Below, piece by piece: positions 1 through 8,562 of a stretch of DNA of 39,376 nucleotides. A program made the translations under genes and the position numbers. The DNA is from Candidatus Brocadiia bacterium. GTDB lineage: Bacteria; Planctomycetota; MHYJ01; WSZJ01. The notes under the pieces were generated by a model that saw only the letters and a program-made list of their open reading frames with translations, was not told the DNA's origin and did not search any database. Within the stretch, counting starts at the first letter, position 1, and the number at the start of each line of letters is the position of its first letter. The stretch lies in assembly GCA_013360825.1 (NCBI GenBank), contig JABWAY010000002.1, positions 1-39,376 of the forward strand, written 5' to 3'.

Positions 1-535
1 ACACCATCGAGTTGTTGTACCAGCTTCCGCCGCGCACGGTCCGCTGCGTTGAGCCCGAAACCACCCAGGCCGAGCCGTCCACCGGCGGCGCCATCCCCTC
101 CAGCTCCAGCCGCTGCGAGCCCGTCAACGAGACCTTTACCGTCTGCGGCGCCGGCCTGACCGCCCCGCCGGCGTCCACGACGTCCGCCACCGGACGCGAC
201 CGCTCCACGATCTCGAACGCGATCCGCTCCGGCGTCACGTTCGACGCGGAACACTTCGGACAGATCACCTTCTGCCCCACCGCAAGCCCCGCGACGTTCA
301 GCTTGTAGCAGCAGCGCGTGCAGAAGACCACGCGCCGCCCCTGCTTCTTGTTCAGCTCCGAGACCTGCGCCTCGGTCAGAAACCCCATCTGGAGCATCAC
401 GCGGTCCAGCGTCGTCTGCTTCGCGTCCCGCTCGATCTCCTCCATGTACTGGATCGCCTCGGTCAGCTTCTCCCACGTCACCAGCTTCTCGCGCAGCGCG
501 AGCTGGCCGAACTCCACGTCCCCCTTGCTGGGCAT
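1..535 (-). CDS. Hypothetical regulatory-type protein, partial (C-terminus lies beyond the window edge): N-terminal T2SSE_N/MshEN-like helical domain followed by a CxxC...CxxC zinc ribbon
   Basis: Reverse-strand ATG at 535-533. The frame stays open to base 2, and it is absent from the ORF track presumably because it has no stop in the window. Third codon positions are almost all G/C. Translation: MPSKGDVEFGQLALREKLVTWEKLTEAIQYMEEIERDAKQTTLDRVMLQMGFLTEAQVSELNKKQ..FCTRCCYKLN..VICPKCSASN..RGGSWYNNSMV. Confidence 0.6.
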   Translation of the reverse strand, partial: MPSKGDVEFGQLALREKLVTWEKLTEAIQYMEEIERDAKQTTLDRVMLQMGFLTEAQVSELNKKQGRRVVFCTRCCYKLNVAGLAVGQKVICPKCSASNVTPERIAFEIVERSRPVADVVDAGGAVRPAPQTVKVSLTGSQRLELEGMAPPVDGSAWVVSGSTQRTVRGGSWYNNSMV

Positions 536-564
536 CGCCCCTCCTCTCCGTTCCGGACCGCCAT

Positions 565-593
565 TTTACGCCCCGACGGGCGCGTGCTACAGT
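565..593 (+). promoter_or_regulatory. Weak sigma70-like promoter candidate for the nuclease gene (-35 TTTACG, 17-nt spacer, -10 TACAGT)
   Basis: Hexamers at 565-570 and 588-593 lie in the 97-nt divergent intergenic region. A GGAGG Shine-Dalgarno sits at 621-625 ahead of the GTG at 633. This is a pattern match only. Confidence 0.25.
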
Positions 594-632
594 ACCACTC
601 ATCGGCCGTGCCGCGTCACAGGAGGTGCCCGC

Positions 633-1025
633 GTGATCCCGATGGAACTGACCCGGATCGTCATCTGCGAGACGAATGACGAACAGGTCATCGTCCTCAA
701 GGAAAAGGACGGCGACCGCCAGTTCCCCATCCAGATCGGGATCTTCGAGGCCGCCGCCATCGACCGCAAAATCCGCGGGATGCGGACCCCCAGGCCCCTC
801 ACCCACGACCTCCTCGACTCCTGCATCCGCAGCCTCGGCGCCTCCCTCACCCGCGTCGTCGTCTGCGACCTCTCCGACGGGACCTTCTTCGCGAAACTCC
901 ACCTGGAACGCGAAGGAAAAACCACCGAAGTCGACGCCCGCCCCAGCGATGCCATCGCCCTCGCCATCGCCACGCAGTCGCCGATTTTCGTCGAAGAGAA
1001 AGTCTTCGAGACGATGGCCGGCTGA
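633..1025 (+). CDS. Bifunctional nuclease family protein (BFN / DUF151)
   Basis: This is the C-terminal 131 codons of track ORF 318..1025. GTG at 633 lies 7 nt after GGAGG; ATG 642 is an alternative start. The sequence VIPMELTRIVICETNDEQVIVLKEKDGDRQFPIQIGIFEAAAIDRKIRGMRTPRPLTHDLL...ARPSDAIALA is typical of the family. The upstream part of the track ORF is antisense to the gene at 1..535. Confidence 0.85.
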   Translation: MIPMELTRIVICETNDEQVIVLKEKDGDRQFPIQIGIFEAAAIDRKIRGMRTPRPLTHDLLDSCIRSLGASLTRVVVCDLSDGTFFAKLHLEREGKTTEVDARPSDAIALAIATQSPIFVEEKVFETMAG

Positions 1026-1064
1026 ACGGGCCTCCCCCCGCCGCCGCAGCCCCCCAGTCCGCAC

Positions 1065-1092
1065 TTCTCACCCAGCCCCCCGCCGCTATACT
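1065..1092 (+). promoter_or_regulatory. Sigma70-like promoter candidate for the ferritin-like gene (-35 TTCTCA, 16-nt spacer, -10 TATACT)
   Basis: Hexamers at 1065-1070 and 1087-1092. A GGGGGA ribosome-binding site lies just upstream of ATG 1121. This is a pattern match only. Confidence 0.3.
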
Positions 1093-1120
1093 GCCCGGTC
1101 TTCCCGAACGGGGGATCCGA

Positions 1121-1564
1121 ATGAAGCGCACGGTGACGAAGGCGAAGCTGATCGAGCATCTGGACGCGGACCTTTCGCGCGAGCTGAAGGCGATCCTGCT
1201 GTACATGTGGTGCCACTCGATGGCGTTCGGGATCCGCGGGCACGAGCTCCGCGAGATTCTGGCGCCGGAGATCCACGACGAGATCAAGCATGTCCAGTTC
1301 CTCGCCGACAAGATCATCGCCCTGGGCGGAACGCCGAGGTTCGTGGTCCCCGAGTTCAAGCGGCCGACGGCGATCCGGGAGATGCTGGAGTACGCGCTCT
1401 CGATCGAGCGGGAAGCCGTGCAGGCCTACGCCGAGCGCGTGGACGAAGCCAGCGACCTCGGGGAAACGGCGCTCCAGGTCAAACTCGAGGAGCTGATCAC
1501 GGAGGAAACGGAACACCTCGAACTCCTCCAGCGCCTGGTCAAGGGACTCTCGCCGGAGCAGTAG
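1121..1564 (+). CDS. Ferritin-like (bacterioferritin/Dps superfamily) di-iron four-helix-bundle protein
   Basis: 147 aa. Paired E...ExxH motifs are present (EIHDEIKH, EREAVQAY, EETEHLELL). GC3 is high. The 3' end overlaps the convergent kinase gene by 26 nt (1539-1564). Confidence 0.8.
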   Translation: MKRTVTKAKLIEHLDADLSRELKAILLYMWCHSMAFGIRGHELREILAPEIHDEIKHVQFLADKIIALGGTPRFVVPEFKRPTAIREMLEYALSIEREAVQAYAERVDEASDLGETALQVKLEELITEETEHLELLQRLVKGLSPEQ

Positions 1565-4484
1565 GCCAGGCCTCGGAGTCGATCACGAGGCGGAAGCCGG
1601 TGCTCCAGGAGGTCCGCGACGGCGGGTTTCCGACCCGGTACCCGGCGCGCCCCATCGACGGCGCCGTCGACCAGGCGCCGCCGCGCATGGCGCGCCAGTC
1701 CCGGTACGGGACCGGGCCGCCGTTCAGGCACAGGCTCGCCACGCCGCCGGAAACGTCCCGGATCCCGTACGGGGACTCGTCGATCGGGAACGATCCCACG
1801 GGAAGCGGGGTGATGCGGCCCTGGAGCGAGCCGTTGACGTGCGCGAAAGTCCCGTCCGCCTGGTCGCCGAAGGAGAACAGCCGCGCGTCCACCCCCCGGA
1901 TCGCCTTCTCCATTTCTTCCTCGTGCGGCAGGCGGTAGACCCGTCCGTCCCGGGTGGACGCCCACGCGCAATAGGCGATCGCGTCGAACCACGAGATCGC
2001 GAAGACGGGCCAGTCCGGCTCCCAGGCCAGCCGCGGGTTCTCCTCCGGACGCGGCATCCGGATCTTCCCGCCCTCCTCGATCCAGTAGAGCTTCTCGTTC
2101 TCCCGTGGGACCCTCAAGCGCGCTTCCTCGATCGGAATCGATGCGAGGAACTCGAGGTATTCGCGGCAGGTGACCGGAAACCGCGCCATGAAGATGTCCC
2201 GCGTCACGATCGTTTCGGGTTCGCCCAGGCCGCCGGCCCAGACGCCGCCGAACTGGAACGGTCCCCCGGGCACCGGGAGGAACCCTTCGGGAACTTCTGC
2301 GGCCCGGTAGACATGGACGCCCTGCTCCCATGTCCCCTCCCGCGTGATGCGGAACGGGACGGGAACCGGTGGACCGTCGGACGGGCGGAGCAGGCAGCGC
2401 CAGGATCCCTGGCAGAGCGCGAGAGCGACCACCGGCGTCACTCCCCGGTGCCGGACTTCGCCGAGCTGGAGCCGCTTTTCCTTCAGTTCGTAAGGCGCGA
2501 TTTCCCACGGAATCCCGGGGACCTCGACCGTCGGGCAGTCGGGGGAGTGCCCGAACACGACCCCGGGCGGATGAAGGCGGATCGCCGGGACGGCGCGGTG
2601 GGCATCGGACAGCGGCACGTCGGGCCGGGGGCGGGAGTCGATCCAGGGGACGTCCGACTCTTTCCCGAAGTCCACCCTCCAGCCGCGGTCCGTCCGGCGC
2701 AGCAGGCAGTCGCAGCGGCGGCGGAACGCGCGGAGCGTCAGCGTCCCCGGTGCGTCGAGCTTCCGGAGGAACTCCCCGCCCCGGTCCTGCGCCGCCAGCG
2801 TCTTCCGCGCCAGGAGCTGCTGCGCCCGGTCCCGCGTCTGGTCGGCCTCGAGGCACCGGTCAAACAGCAGCTCGCAGGTTCCCCTCGAGGCCTCGTCGTT
2901 CTCCGGATCGGCCTGGAGCGCCTGTCCGAACGCGGCGAGGGCCCGCGTGTAGCTCTCGACCCGCGCCTCCTCCAGCCCGGCCAGCTTCTCTTCCTCCGCC
3001 CACAGCGGCCGTTTCCGCTCGATCGACTCCCAGGACTGGATCTCGTCCGTCAGCCGGTTGACCACCTCCCGCTGTGCCTCGACATCCCGCCCGAGCGTGC
3101 GGAACCGCCCCTGCGCTTCTATTCCTTCCTCCAGGCGCATGCGGGAGGCGCGCTGGCGCCGTTCGCGCTCCGCGACGCCCTCGAGGAACAGCCGGATGTC
3201 GTCGTGCAGCGCGCGGACCGTCGGATACCGGTCTTCCCGCCGCCGGGCGAGGGCCTTCATGCAGATCGCCTCGAGCTCGCGGGGAATCAGGTGACCTGCC
3301 TGCAACGGAGGCGGCGGGATTCCGCCGGGGCGTGTCCCAGGGGCCGGCGCGCCGGCGGAGGGGGGGGAAATCCGGCCGGCGCGGACGTTCTCGAGAACCT
3401 CCGATGCCGTCTCCCCCTCGTACGGCGGACGCTGAGTGAGAATCGCGTACAGGATGCCCCCCAGCGCAAACACATCCGTGCGCTCGTCCACCAGATCGGT
3501 CCGCCCCTCAGCCTGCTCGGGAGCCATGTACGCCGGCGTCCCGACCACGTCGCCGTACCACGTGATCGAGGAACCGTCCCCCTGCGCCGGCGAAGAGCCC
3601 GCAGGCGGCCTCTTCTCGTCCGCCCGCAGATCCCGGGCGAGCCCCCAGTCCACGACGTAGACCTCGCCGAAGTCTCCGACCATGATGTTCGAGGGCTTGA
3701 GGTCCCGATGAACGATCTTCCGGGAGTGCGCATAGGCCACCCCCAGGCACGCCCCTTCGAAGATGCCGAGCAGCCGCGCCCGCGTCCAGCGCTCGACGAC
3801 CGCCGGTGTCCCGGCCGCCACCGCCTCCAGGATCCGCCCCAGATCGGTCCCGATGACGCGTTTCATGCACAGGAAGAGCCTCGGGTGGCCCGACTCGCCG
3901 GGAATGGACCCGAAATCGTGCACCGGAACGACGTTCGGGTGGTCGAGCCGCGCACTGATGCGCGCTTCCCGCTCGAACCGTTCCGCCGCATCCGCGGACA
4001 GGTCGTCGTGGAGGACCTTGATGGCCACCTCGCGGTCGAGATCCCGGTCGCGCGCCTCGATCACGCGCCCGAGCCCGCCGCGCCCCAGTTCCCGGCCGAG
4101 TTCGTACCGCGACCCGCGCGGTGCCGCGGAGTGCACCGAGCGGCGGCGCTCCCCGAGCCCGATCAGCCACTGCCGGATTTCCACCGGGGGGCGGAGTGCG
4201 AGAAGCGATTCGCGCACGCTGGGGTCGACCGTGAGCGAGGCGCCGCCGCCGCTGTCGCTCCCCGTCGGCGAGACATGGGCGTCCAGGGCCTCCTGGACCT
4301 GCTCCTGGTCTTCCGGCTGGAGGTGCCCCAGGTCGCCGAGCAGACTCGGAATCCCGCGCGACGGATCGTCAAGCCAGAGGTTCGCGGCCTCCAGCAGCTG
4401 TTCGCGCGTGATGAGGTTCATCTGCTGCGCGAGCAGTCCGTACACCAGGTCGCGTCGGAGATGCCGAGCAGGGGCCCCGTCCAT
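1539..4484 (-). CDS. Ser/Thr protein kinase with N-terminal T2SSE_N-like domain, central coiled-coil region and C-terminal FGE-sulfatase (SUMF1-like) domain
   Basis: 981 aa. Hanks kinase motifs are present: GRGGLGRV, AIKVL, HRDLKPSNIMV, DFGLA, APE. The C-terminus PVFAISWFDAIAYCAW...RLPHEEEMEKAIRG...RGGAWS...GFRLV matches the FGE-sulfatase domain. Confidence 0.9.
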   Translation of the reverse strand: MDGAPARHLRRDLVYGLLAQQMNLITREQLLEAANLWLDDPSRGIPSLLGDLGHLQPEDQEQVQEALDAHVSPTGSDSGGGASLTVDPSVRESLLALRPPVEIRQWLIGLGERRRSVHSAAPRGSRYELGRELGRGGLGRVIEARDRDLDREVAIKVLHDDLSADAAERFEREARISARLDHPNVVPVHDFGSIPGESGHPRLFLCMKRVIGTDLGRILEAVAAGTPAVVERWTRARLLGIFEGACLGVAYAHSRKIVHRDLKPSNIMVGDFGEVYVVDWGLARDLRADEKRPPAGSSPAQGDGSSITWYGDVVGTPAYMAPEQAEGRTDLVDERTDVFALGGILYAILTQRPPYEGETASEVLENVRAGRISPPSAGAPAPGTRPGGIPPPPLQAGHLIPRELEAICMKALARRREDRYPTVRALHDDIRLFLEGVAERERRQRASRMRLEEGIEAQGRFRTLGRDVEAQREVVNRLTDEIQSWESIERKRPLWAEEEKLAGLEEARVESYTRALAAFGQALQADPENDEASRGTCELLFDRCLEADQTRDRAQQLLARKTLAAQDRGGEFLRKLDAPGTLTLRAFRRRCDCLLRRTDRGWRVDFGKESDVPWIDSRPRPDVPLSDAHRAVPAIRLHPPGVVFGHSPDCPTVEVPGIPWEIAPYELKEKRLQLGEVRHRGVTPVVALALCQGSWRCLLRPSDGPPVPVPFRITREGTWEQGVHVYRAAEVPEGFLPVPGGPFQFGGVWAGGLGEPETIVTRDIFMARFPVTCREYLEFLASIPIEEARLRVPRENEKLYWIEEGGKIRMPRPEENPRLAWEPDWPVFAISWFDAIAYCAWASTRDGRVYRLPHEEEMEKAIRGVDARLFSFGDQADGTFAHVNGSLQGRITPLPVGSFPIDESPYGIRDVSGGVASLCLNGGPVPYRDWRAMRGGAWSTAPSMGRAGYRVGNPPSRTSWSTGFRLVIDSEAWPTAPARVP

Positions 4485-4523
4485 GGCGCGGGATTGTACC
4501 CGTCCCGACAGCCCTGCGCTCCG

Positions 4524-5315
4524 TCAGGCGGTGACCTGCCGTGCGTCGGGCGATTTTCCGTCCGCGGCAACTCCCAGAACTTCGCGCGCCAGCGCCATGT
4601 AGTCCTGGGCGCCGTTCGACTCCGGCGCGTAGTCGATCACCGGTTTCCCGAACGACGGCGACTCCGCAAGACGCACGTTCGTCCGGATCTTCGCGTTGAA
4701 GACCTTGCTTCCGAAGTGTTTGCGGATCTCCTCCAGCACCTCGCGGGAGAGCGTGGTCCGGGCGTCGTACATGCACGCCAGCACGCCGGCGATCGTCAGG
4801 CGCGGGTTCACGCGCTTCTGCACCATCTCGATCGTCTTGAGAAGCAGCGAGACCCCCTGGAGCGCGAAGAACTGGCACTGCATCGGGATGATGACCTCGT
4901 CGACGAAGACGAGGACGTTGACGTTGATCAGCCCGAGCGTCGGCGGGCAGTCGACGATGATGTAGTCGTAGTCGGTCAGCCCGGCCAGCGCCTGCTTGAG
5001 CGCCTGCCCGCGCGAGGCCAGCGGCGACTTTTCCGCCTCCCCGCCCGCGAGGTCCGGGGTGGCGGGAATGACATGCAGGAGGTCGCTGTACCGGACGATG
5101 GCGTCTTCGGCGCGGGCTTCGCCGGTGAAGAGGTCATAGACGGTTGTTTCGAGCCGGCCGGCGTTGAGGCCGAAGGAGAGGGTGCCGTTGGACTGGGCGT
5201 CGCAGTCGATGAAGAGGACGCGCTGGCCGAGGCGGGCGAGGGAAGCCGAGAGGTTGACGGCGGTGGTTGTCTTGCCCACGCCGCCCTTCTGATTCGTCAG
5301 AGCGATGGTGCGCAC
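4524..5315 (-). CDS. ParA/Soj/MinD-family P-loop ATPase (orphan; no parB in the window)
   Basis: GTG start at 5315 is preceded by GGAGGGG. The sequence VRTIALTNQKGGVGKTTTAVNLSASLA carries the deviant Walker A KGGVGKT. It is 263 aa. The rest of track ORF 4524..6476 is an Arg/Gly-rich antisense extension. Confidence 0.9.
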   Translation of the reverse strand: MRTIALTNQKGGVGKTTTAVNLSASLARLGQRVLFIDCDAQSNGTLSFGLNAGRLETTVYDLFTGEARAEDAIVRYSDLLHVIPATPDLAGGEAEKSPLASRGQALKQALAGLTDYDYIIVDCPPTLGLINVNVLVFVDEVIIPMQCQFFALQGVSLLLKTIEMVQKRVNPRLTIAGVLACMYDARTTLSREVLEEIRKHFGSKVFNAKIRTNVRLAESPSFGKPVIDYAPESNGAQDYMALAREVLGVAADGKSPDARQVTA

Positions 5316-5349
5316 GGTTCCCCTCCGGAGTGCGACTGATGTCCGGTGG

Positions 5350-5377
5350 ATTTTAGCACATATGAAAGTTAAGTCAA
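5350..5377 (-). promoter_or_regulatory. Near-consensus sigma70 promoter for the ParA-like gene (-35 TTGACT, 16-nt spacer, -10 TAAAAT)
   Basis: The minus strand reads TTGACT (5377-5372), taactttcatatgtgc, TAAAAT (5355-5350). It lies inside a conspicuous AT-rich island in an otherwise ~70% GC window, about 35 nt upstream of the GTG start. Confidence 0.45.
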
Positions 5378-5438
5378 GTTCACGGCTGCCGGAAGCCGAT
5401 GTTTCTTCAGGAGTTACAACCGCAGAGGGAGTCTGTCC

Positions 5439-6140
5439 ATGAACAATGTCCTCGTGATCGACCGCGAACGGACTTCCGGTTACCTCGTCAAGTCCATCCT
5501 CCTCGGGCGGGGGTGCCGCGTCTCCCTCAGCCCCACCGTCAAGGACGCCCGCCTCAAGGCCCACACCGGTCTCTTCGACGCCCTCGTCGTCGATGTCGGC
5601 GAGCCCGAGATCGAGATGCCCCTGATCGCGGAAATCCAGTCCCTCCTCCCCGGTTTCCCCGTCATCGCCATCTTCCGCGACGAGGTCCCCTCGGGCCCCT
5701 GGATCGCACTCAAGAAGCCGATCCGGATCGCCTCCATGGCCGACGCCGTCCGCCACGCGCTCGGGCGCTCCCAGGGAACATGGAACCGGCATGACCTCGA
5801 CGTCGCCGCAACCGTCCAGGTCGGCGCCGAATTCACCGAGTGCCGCGTCTCCGCCCTCAGCCGCCAGGGCGTCCTCCTCACGCCGAAAGCCGACTTCGAG
5901 TCCCTCCGCCGCTTCCATGAGTTCTTCCACGCACGGGTCGACCGGGGGTTCGAAGGGCGGATCGCATTCCCCGGCGGCGAGGAAGAGTTCCACGGGCACG
6001 CCGCGTACGCGGAGATGGCCCCGGACAGCAAGGTGCGGCAGGTGGCGCTGGCGTTCGACGCGGACCACGACTGGTTCTCGCTGCTGGCTCCTCCCGCAGC
6101 GGAGACCCCCGCGGAGCCCGCCCCCGCGCCGGGTGTCTGA
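5439..6140 (+). CDS. Response-regulator receiver-like domain fused to a degenerate PilZ-like domain
   Basis: 233 aa with GAGGGAG upstream of the ATG. The REC-like region has VLVIDRE, ALVVDVGEP and KKP. The C-terminal beta-barrel-like region has CRVSALSRQGVLL where PilZ has DxSxxG, and there is no clean RxxxR. Confidence 0.6.
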   Translation: MNNVLVIDRERTSGYLVKSILLGRGCRVSLSPTVKDARLKAHTGLFDALVVDVGEPEIEMPLIAEIQSLLPGFPVIAIFRDEVPSGPWIALKKPIRIASMADAVRHALGRSQGTWNRHDLDVAATVQVGAEFTECRVSALSRQGVLLTPKADFESLRRFHEFFHARVDRGFEGRIAFPGGEEEFHGHAAYAEMAPDSKVRQVALAFDADHDWFSLLAPPAAETPAEPAPAPGV

Positions 6141-6206
6141 ATCCGCTCCCAGCTTTCTGCCTCCGCACCCTCGGACGCTTGGTAAAATCGCGCCCGGAGG
6201 CACCCC

Positions 6207-6383
6207 GTGGCGCACACAACCCCTGAGATCGAAGACCTGGAAAAGGCGAAAGCCGCGCTGATCGCGCGCTACCTGGAACTCCAGGAGCAGGTCGATCGCG
6301 CCAATGACCGGATCTACGCGGTCACGATCGAGATCGAACAGCTCAACCTCAGGATCCAGCAGGCCCGCGCCGCCTCGCGATGA
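6207..6383 (+). CDS. Small (58 aa) coiled-coil protein, translationally coupled to the HEAT-repeat gene
   Basis: GTG at 6207 lies 6 nt after GGAGG (6196-6200), and an in-frame TAA sits at 6183. Its TGA (6381-6383) overlaps ATG 6380 of the next gene (ATGA). GC3 is high. Heptad-like sequence: VAHTTPEIEDLEKAKAALIARYLELQEQVDRANDRIYAVTIEIEQLNLRIQQARAASR. It is not listed in the track (which shows no ORF shorter than 60 aa). Confidence 0.5.
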   Translation: MAHTTPEIEDLEKAKAALIARYLELQEQVDRANDRIYAVTIEIEQLNLRIQQARAASR

Positions 6384-8494
6384 AACAGCGATTTCCCAGG
6401 GGCACCCGCCCGCTCGTCGGCGTCGCCGTCCTCTTCTTCGCCGCCTCCGCGGTCGCCGCCCTTCGGCACGTCGCACGCAACTGGGCCCGCCTCCACTCCG
6501 GCCTCGCCGTCCTCCAGGTCACCGTGGGCGCGGATGAGAAGGTGCGCGGGGAGGCGCTCGACCGCCTGAGGGCCCTCGGCCCCCTGGCGGTGCCGTCGAT
6601 CGCGACCCGGGGGCGGGAGAAAGGACTGCCGGACGACCTGTTCGCGATCCTGGCTCTCCACGCCGGCCCCGCCGAACTGGATCTTCTGGCCGCAAGCGTC
6701 GTCGGCACCGACGAGCCGCGGCGCCTCGCGGCGGTCGAGGCGCTCGGGAGAATCCGGACGGCCGAGGCGGCCCTGGCGGCTGCCCCGGCACTGACCGATC
6801 CTTCCCCCGCCGTTCACCTTGCGGGTCGCCGGGCGGTCAGGGGACAGAGCGCGGAGACGTTCGCGGCGATCCTGACCGTGTGCCTGGGAAGCGCCGGCGC
6901 CGTCCCGGAGGGGATCGCGCGGATGATCGTGGAGGAAGGCGCGGGCCTCTCCGCGATCGGGCCGGTCGCGGAGGCGATCGCCTCCACCGAACCGATCCGG
7001 CTCTGGAACGGGCTGCATGTGGGGCTGATCCTGTTCCGTGACCACCCTCCCGGCCGCGATCACGAGCGCCCCCTGATCGACGCCCTCGCCGGGGCGCTTC
7101 CCCGCGCGGAAGCCGGGGCGCAGGCGGTGGTGGTGGCGATACTGGCGGGGATGAACGACCCCGGGCGGTATGTGGTGCTGCGGGGAGTGGCGGAGTCGAA
7201 CAGGTTTTCCTGGGAGCTGCGGACGGAGGCGATCCGGGCTCTCGGGGCGGTTCCGCACCCCGAGGCGGTGCGGACGCTGGAATCGCTGGTGCGCGCCGGT
7301 CCCGGGGCGGTCCGGTTTCCCGCGGCGGAGGCGCTGGGGGGGATCGGTTCGCCGGAAGACGCGGCGCGCTGGCTCGGCGTGATCGAGTCGGGCGTGAGGG
7401 AGCACGACGCCCGCGAAGGACTGGTCCGGGCGATCGGGCTGTGCGGCCGCGCGGACCTCGTCCCCCGGCTGCTCGCGCGCTTCCGGATCCAGGATTCCCC
7501 GGGTCTCGCGTCTGCGCTCCGGCTGGTGGCGCTCCGGGATCCCGTCGGCGCGGCACCGGCGCTGATTGAGGGGCTGAAGGTCGCGGAGCCCGCGCATCTG
7601 GGGCTCCTCAACGTGCTCCTGTCGGACGTGACCTGGCACCGTGCGGTCTGGAACGGGGACGCACGGACGGCGGCGGAGTTCGCCCGGGCGCGGGAGCAGA
7701 GCGCGGCGGACTGGGACGCGTGGTGGCGGAAGAACGGAAAGAAGTCGCTGGCCGAGTGGCAGACCGCGGGACTGCAGGAGACGGAGACCGATCTCCGGGA
7801 CCGTGCGGTGCAGGTCCGGTTTCACGCGGTCGCGCGCCTGGTGGCGCTGAAGCCCGCCGACCTCGACACGCGGCTGGCGAGCCTGGTCGCGGATCCGGAG
7901 GACCTGATCTGGGGACGCGCCTGGGCCGAACTCTCGCAGATGATCGCCCCGGGATCCCTGAGCGTGCTGCGCGAGACGCTGGCCCGGGGGGAGGGACGTC
8001 CGGCGATCCGTGCGGCGCGCGCGCTCGGACACACGCGGGACAGGGATTCCGCAGGCGTCCTTCTCGAGGCGCTCTCGCGCCCCGACCCGGAACTGCGCAC
8101 CGCCGCCGCGCTGGCCCTCGGACAGCTGGAACACGCCCCCGCGGCGCGGACCCTGGCGGCCTGCCTCCGGGACGAGGTCCACACCGTCCGCCTCGCCGCC
8201 CGCGACGCCCTCGAACTCATCGCCAGCCCCACGATCGAACGCGAACTCATCGGCGGCCTGGCCGACCCGAGCGAAGAACACCGCGCCAGTTGCGCCTGGC
8301 TCCTCGGCGTCTGCGGGACCGAGTCCTCCATCCGCCCCCTCGCCGCACTCTTCCAGGACCGCAATGAACTCGTCTCCCGCGCGGCGCTCCGAAGCGTTCA
8401 GCTGCTGACGGGGCGGATGCCCGTGATCCGGCCCGCGGAGCACGAGCTCGCGCGCTGGGAAGAGCTCGCCAGAAGAAAGCGGCGGGACCCCTGA
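6380..8494 (+). CDS. HEAT-repeat (PBS-lyase HEAT-like) protein with N-terminal signal-anchor
   Basis: 704 aa. It has an N-terminal hydrophobic helix (LVGVAVLFFAASAVAAL) and repeated A/L-rich HEAT-like units, e.g. ELRTAAALALGQLEHAPAARTLAACLRDEVHTVRLAARDALELIAS. Confidence 0.8.
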   Translation: MKQRFPRGTRPLVGVAVLFFAASAVAALRHVARNWARLHSGLAVLQVTVGADEKVRGEALDRLRALGPLAVPSIATRGREKGLPDDLFAILALHAGPAELDLLAASVVGTDEPRRLAAVEALGRIRTAEAALAAAPALTDPSPAVHLAGRRAVRGQSAETFAAILTVCLGSAGAVPEGIARMIVEEGAGLSAIGPVAEAIASTEPIRLWNGLHVGLILFRDHPPGRDHERPLIDALAGALPRAEAGAQAVVVAILAGMNDPGRYVVLRGVAESNRFSWELRTEAIRALGAVPHPEAVRTLESLVRAGPGAVRFPAAEALGGIGSPEDAARWLGVIESGVREHDAREGLVRAIGLCGRADLVPRLLARFRIQDSPGLASALRLVALRDPVGAAPALIEGLKVAEPAHLGLLNVLLSDVTWHRAVWNGDARTAAEFARAREQSAADWDAWWRKNGKKSLAEWQTAGLQETETDLRDRAVQVRFHAVARLVALKPADLDTRLASLVADPEDLIWGRAWAELSQMIAPGSLSVLRETLARGEGRPAIRAARALGHTRDRDSAGVLLEALSRPDPELRTAAALALGQLEHAPAARTLAACLRDEVHTVRLAARDALELIASPTIERELIGGLADPSEEHRASCAWLLGVCGTESSIRPLAALFQDRNELVSRAALRSVQLLTGRMPVIRPAEHELARWEELARRKRRDP

Positions 8495-8562
8495 TCCGGC
8501 TCGCTCTCCTCTGGCACCAGCACCAGCCGTGCTACCTCGATCTGCGGAGGGGCGAGGCCGTA

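Noticed and set aside
1-60. RGGSWYNNS at the edge of the first gene, considered as evidence for an FGE-sulfatase domain.
   Set aside because: In true FGE domains this motif lies near the C-terminal end of a domain of about 250 residues. Here only about 60 residues separate it from the zinc ribbon, so I cannot make a domain call from the visible sequence.
1839-5339. 1166-aa plus-strand ORF spanning the kinase and ParA region.
   Set aside because: It is antisense to two genes with unmistakable family motifs. Its translation is Arg/Pro/Gly-rich low-complexity sequence with no recognisable domain. Long open antisense frames are expected at about 70% GC.
5316-6476. N-terminal 387-residue extension of the ParA ORF as listed in the track.
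   Set aside because: The extension is antisense to the REC/PilZ-like gene and crosses the AT-rich promoter island. ParA homology begins exactly at the GTG at 5315, which has a GGAGG site.
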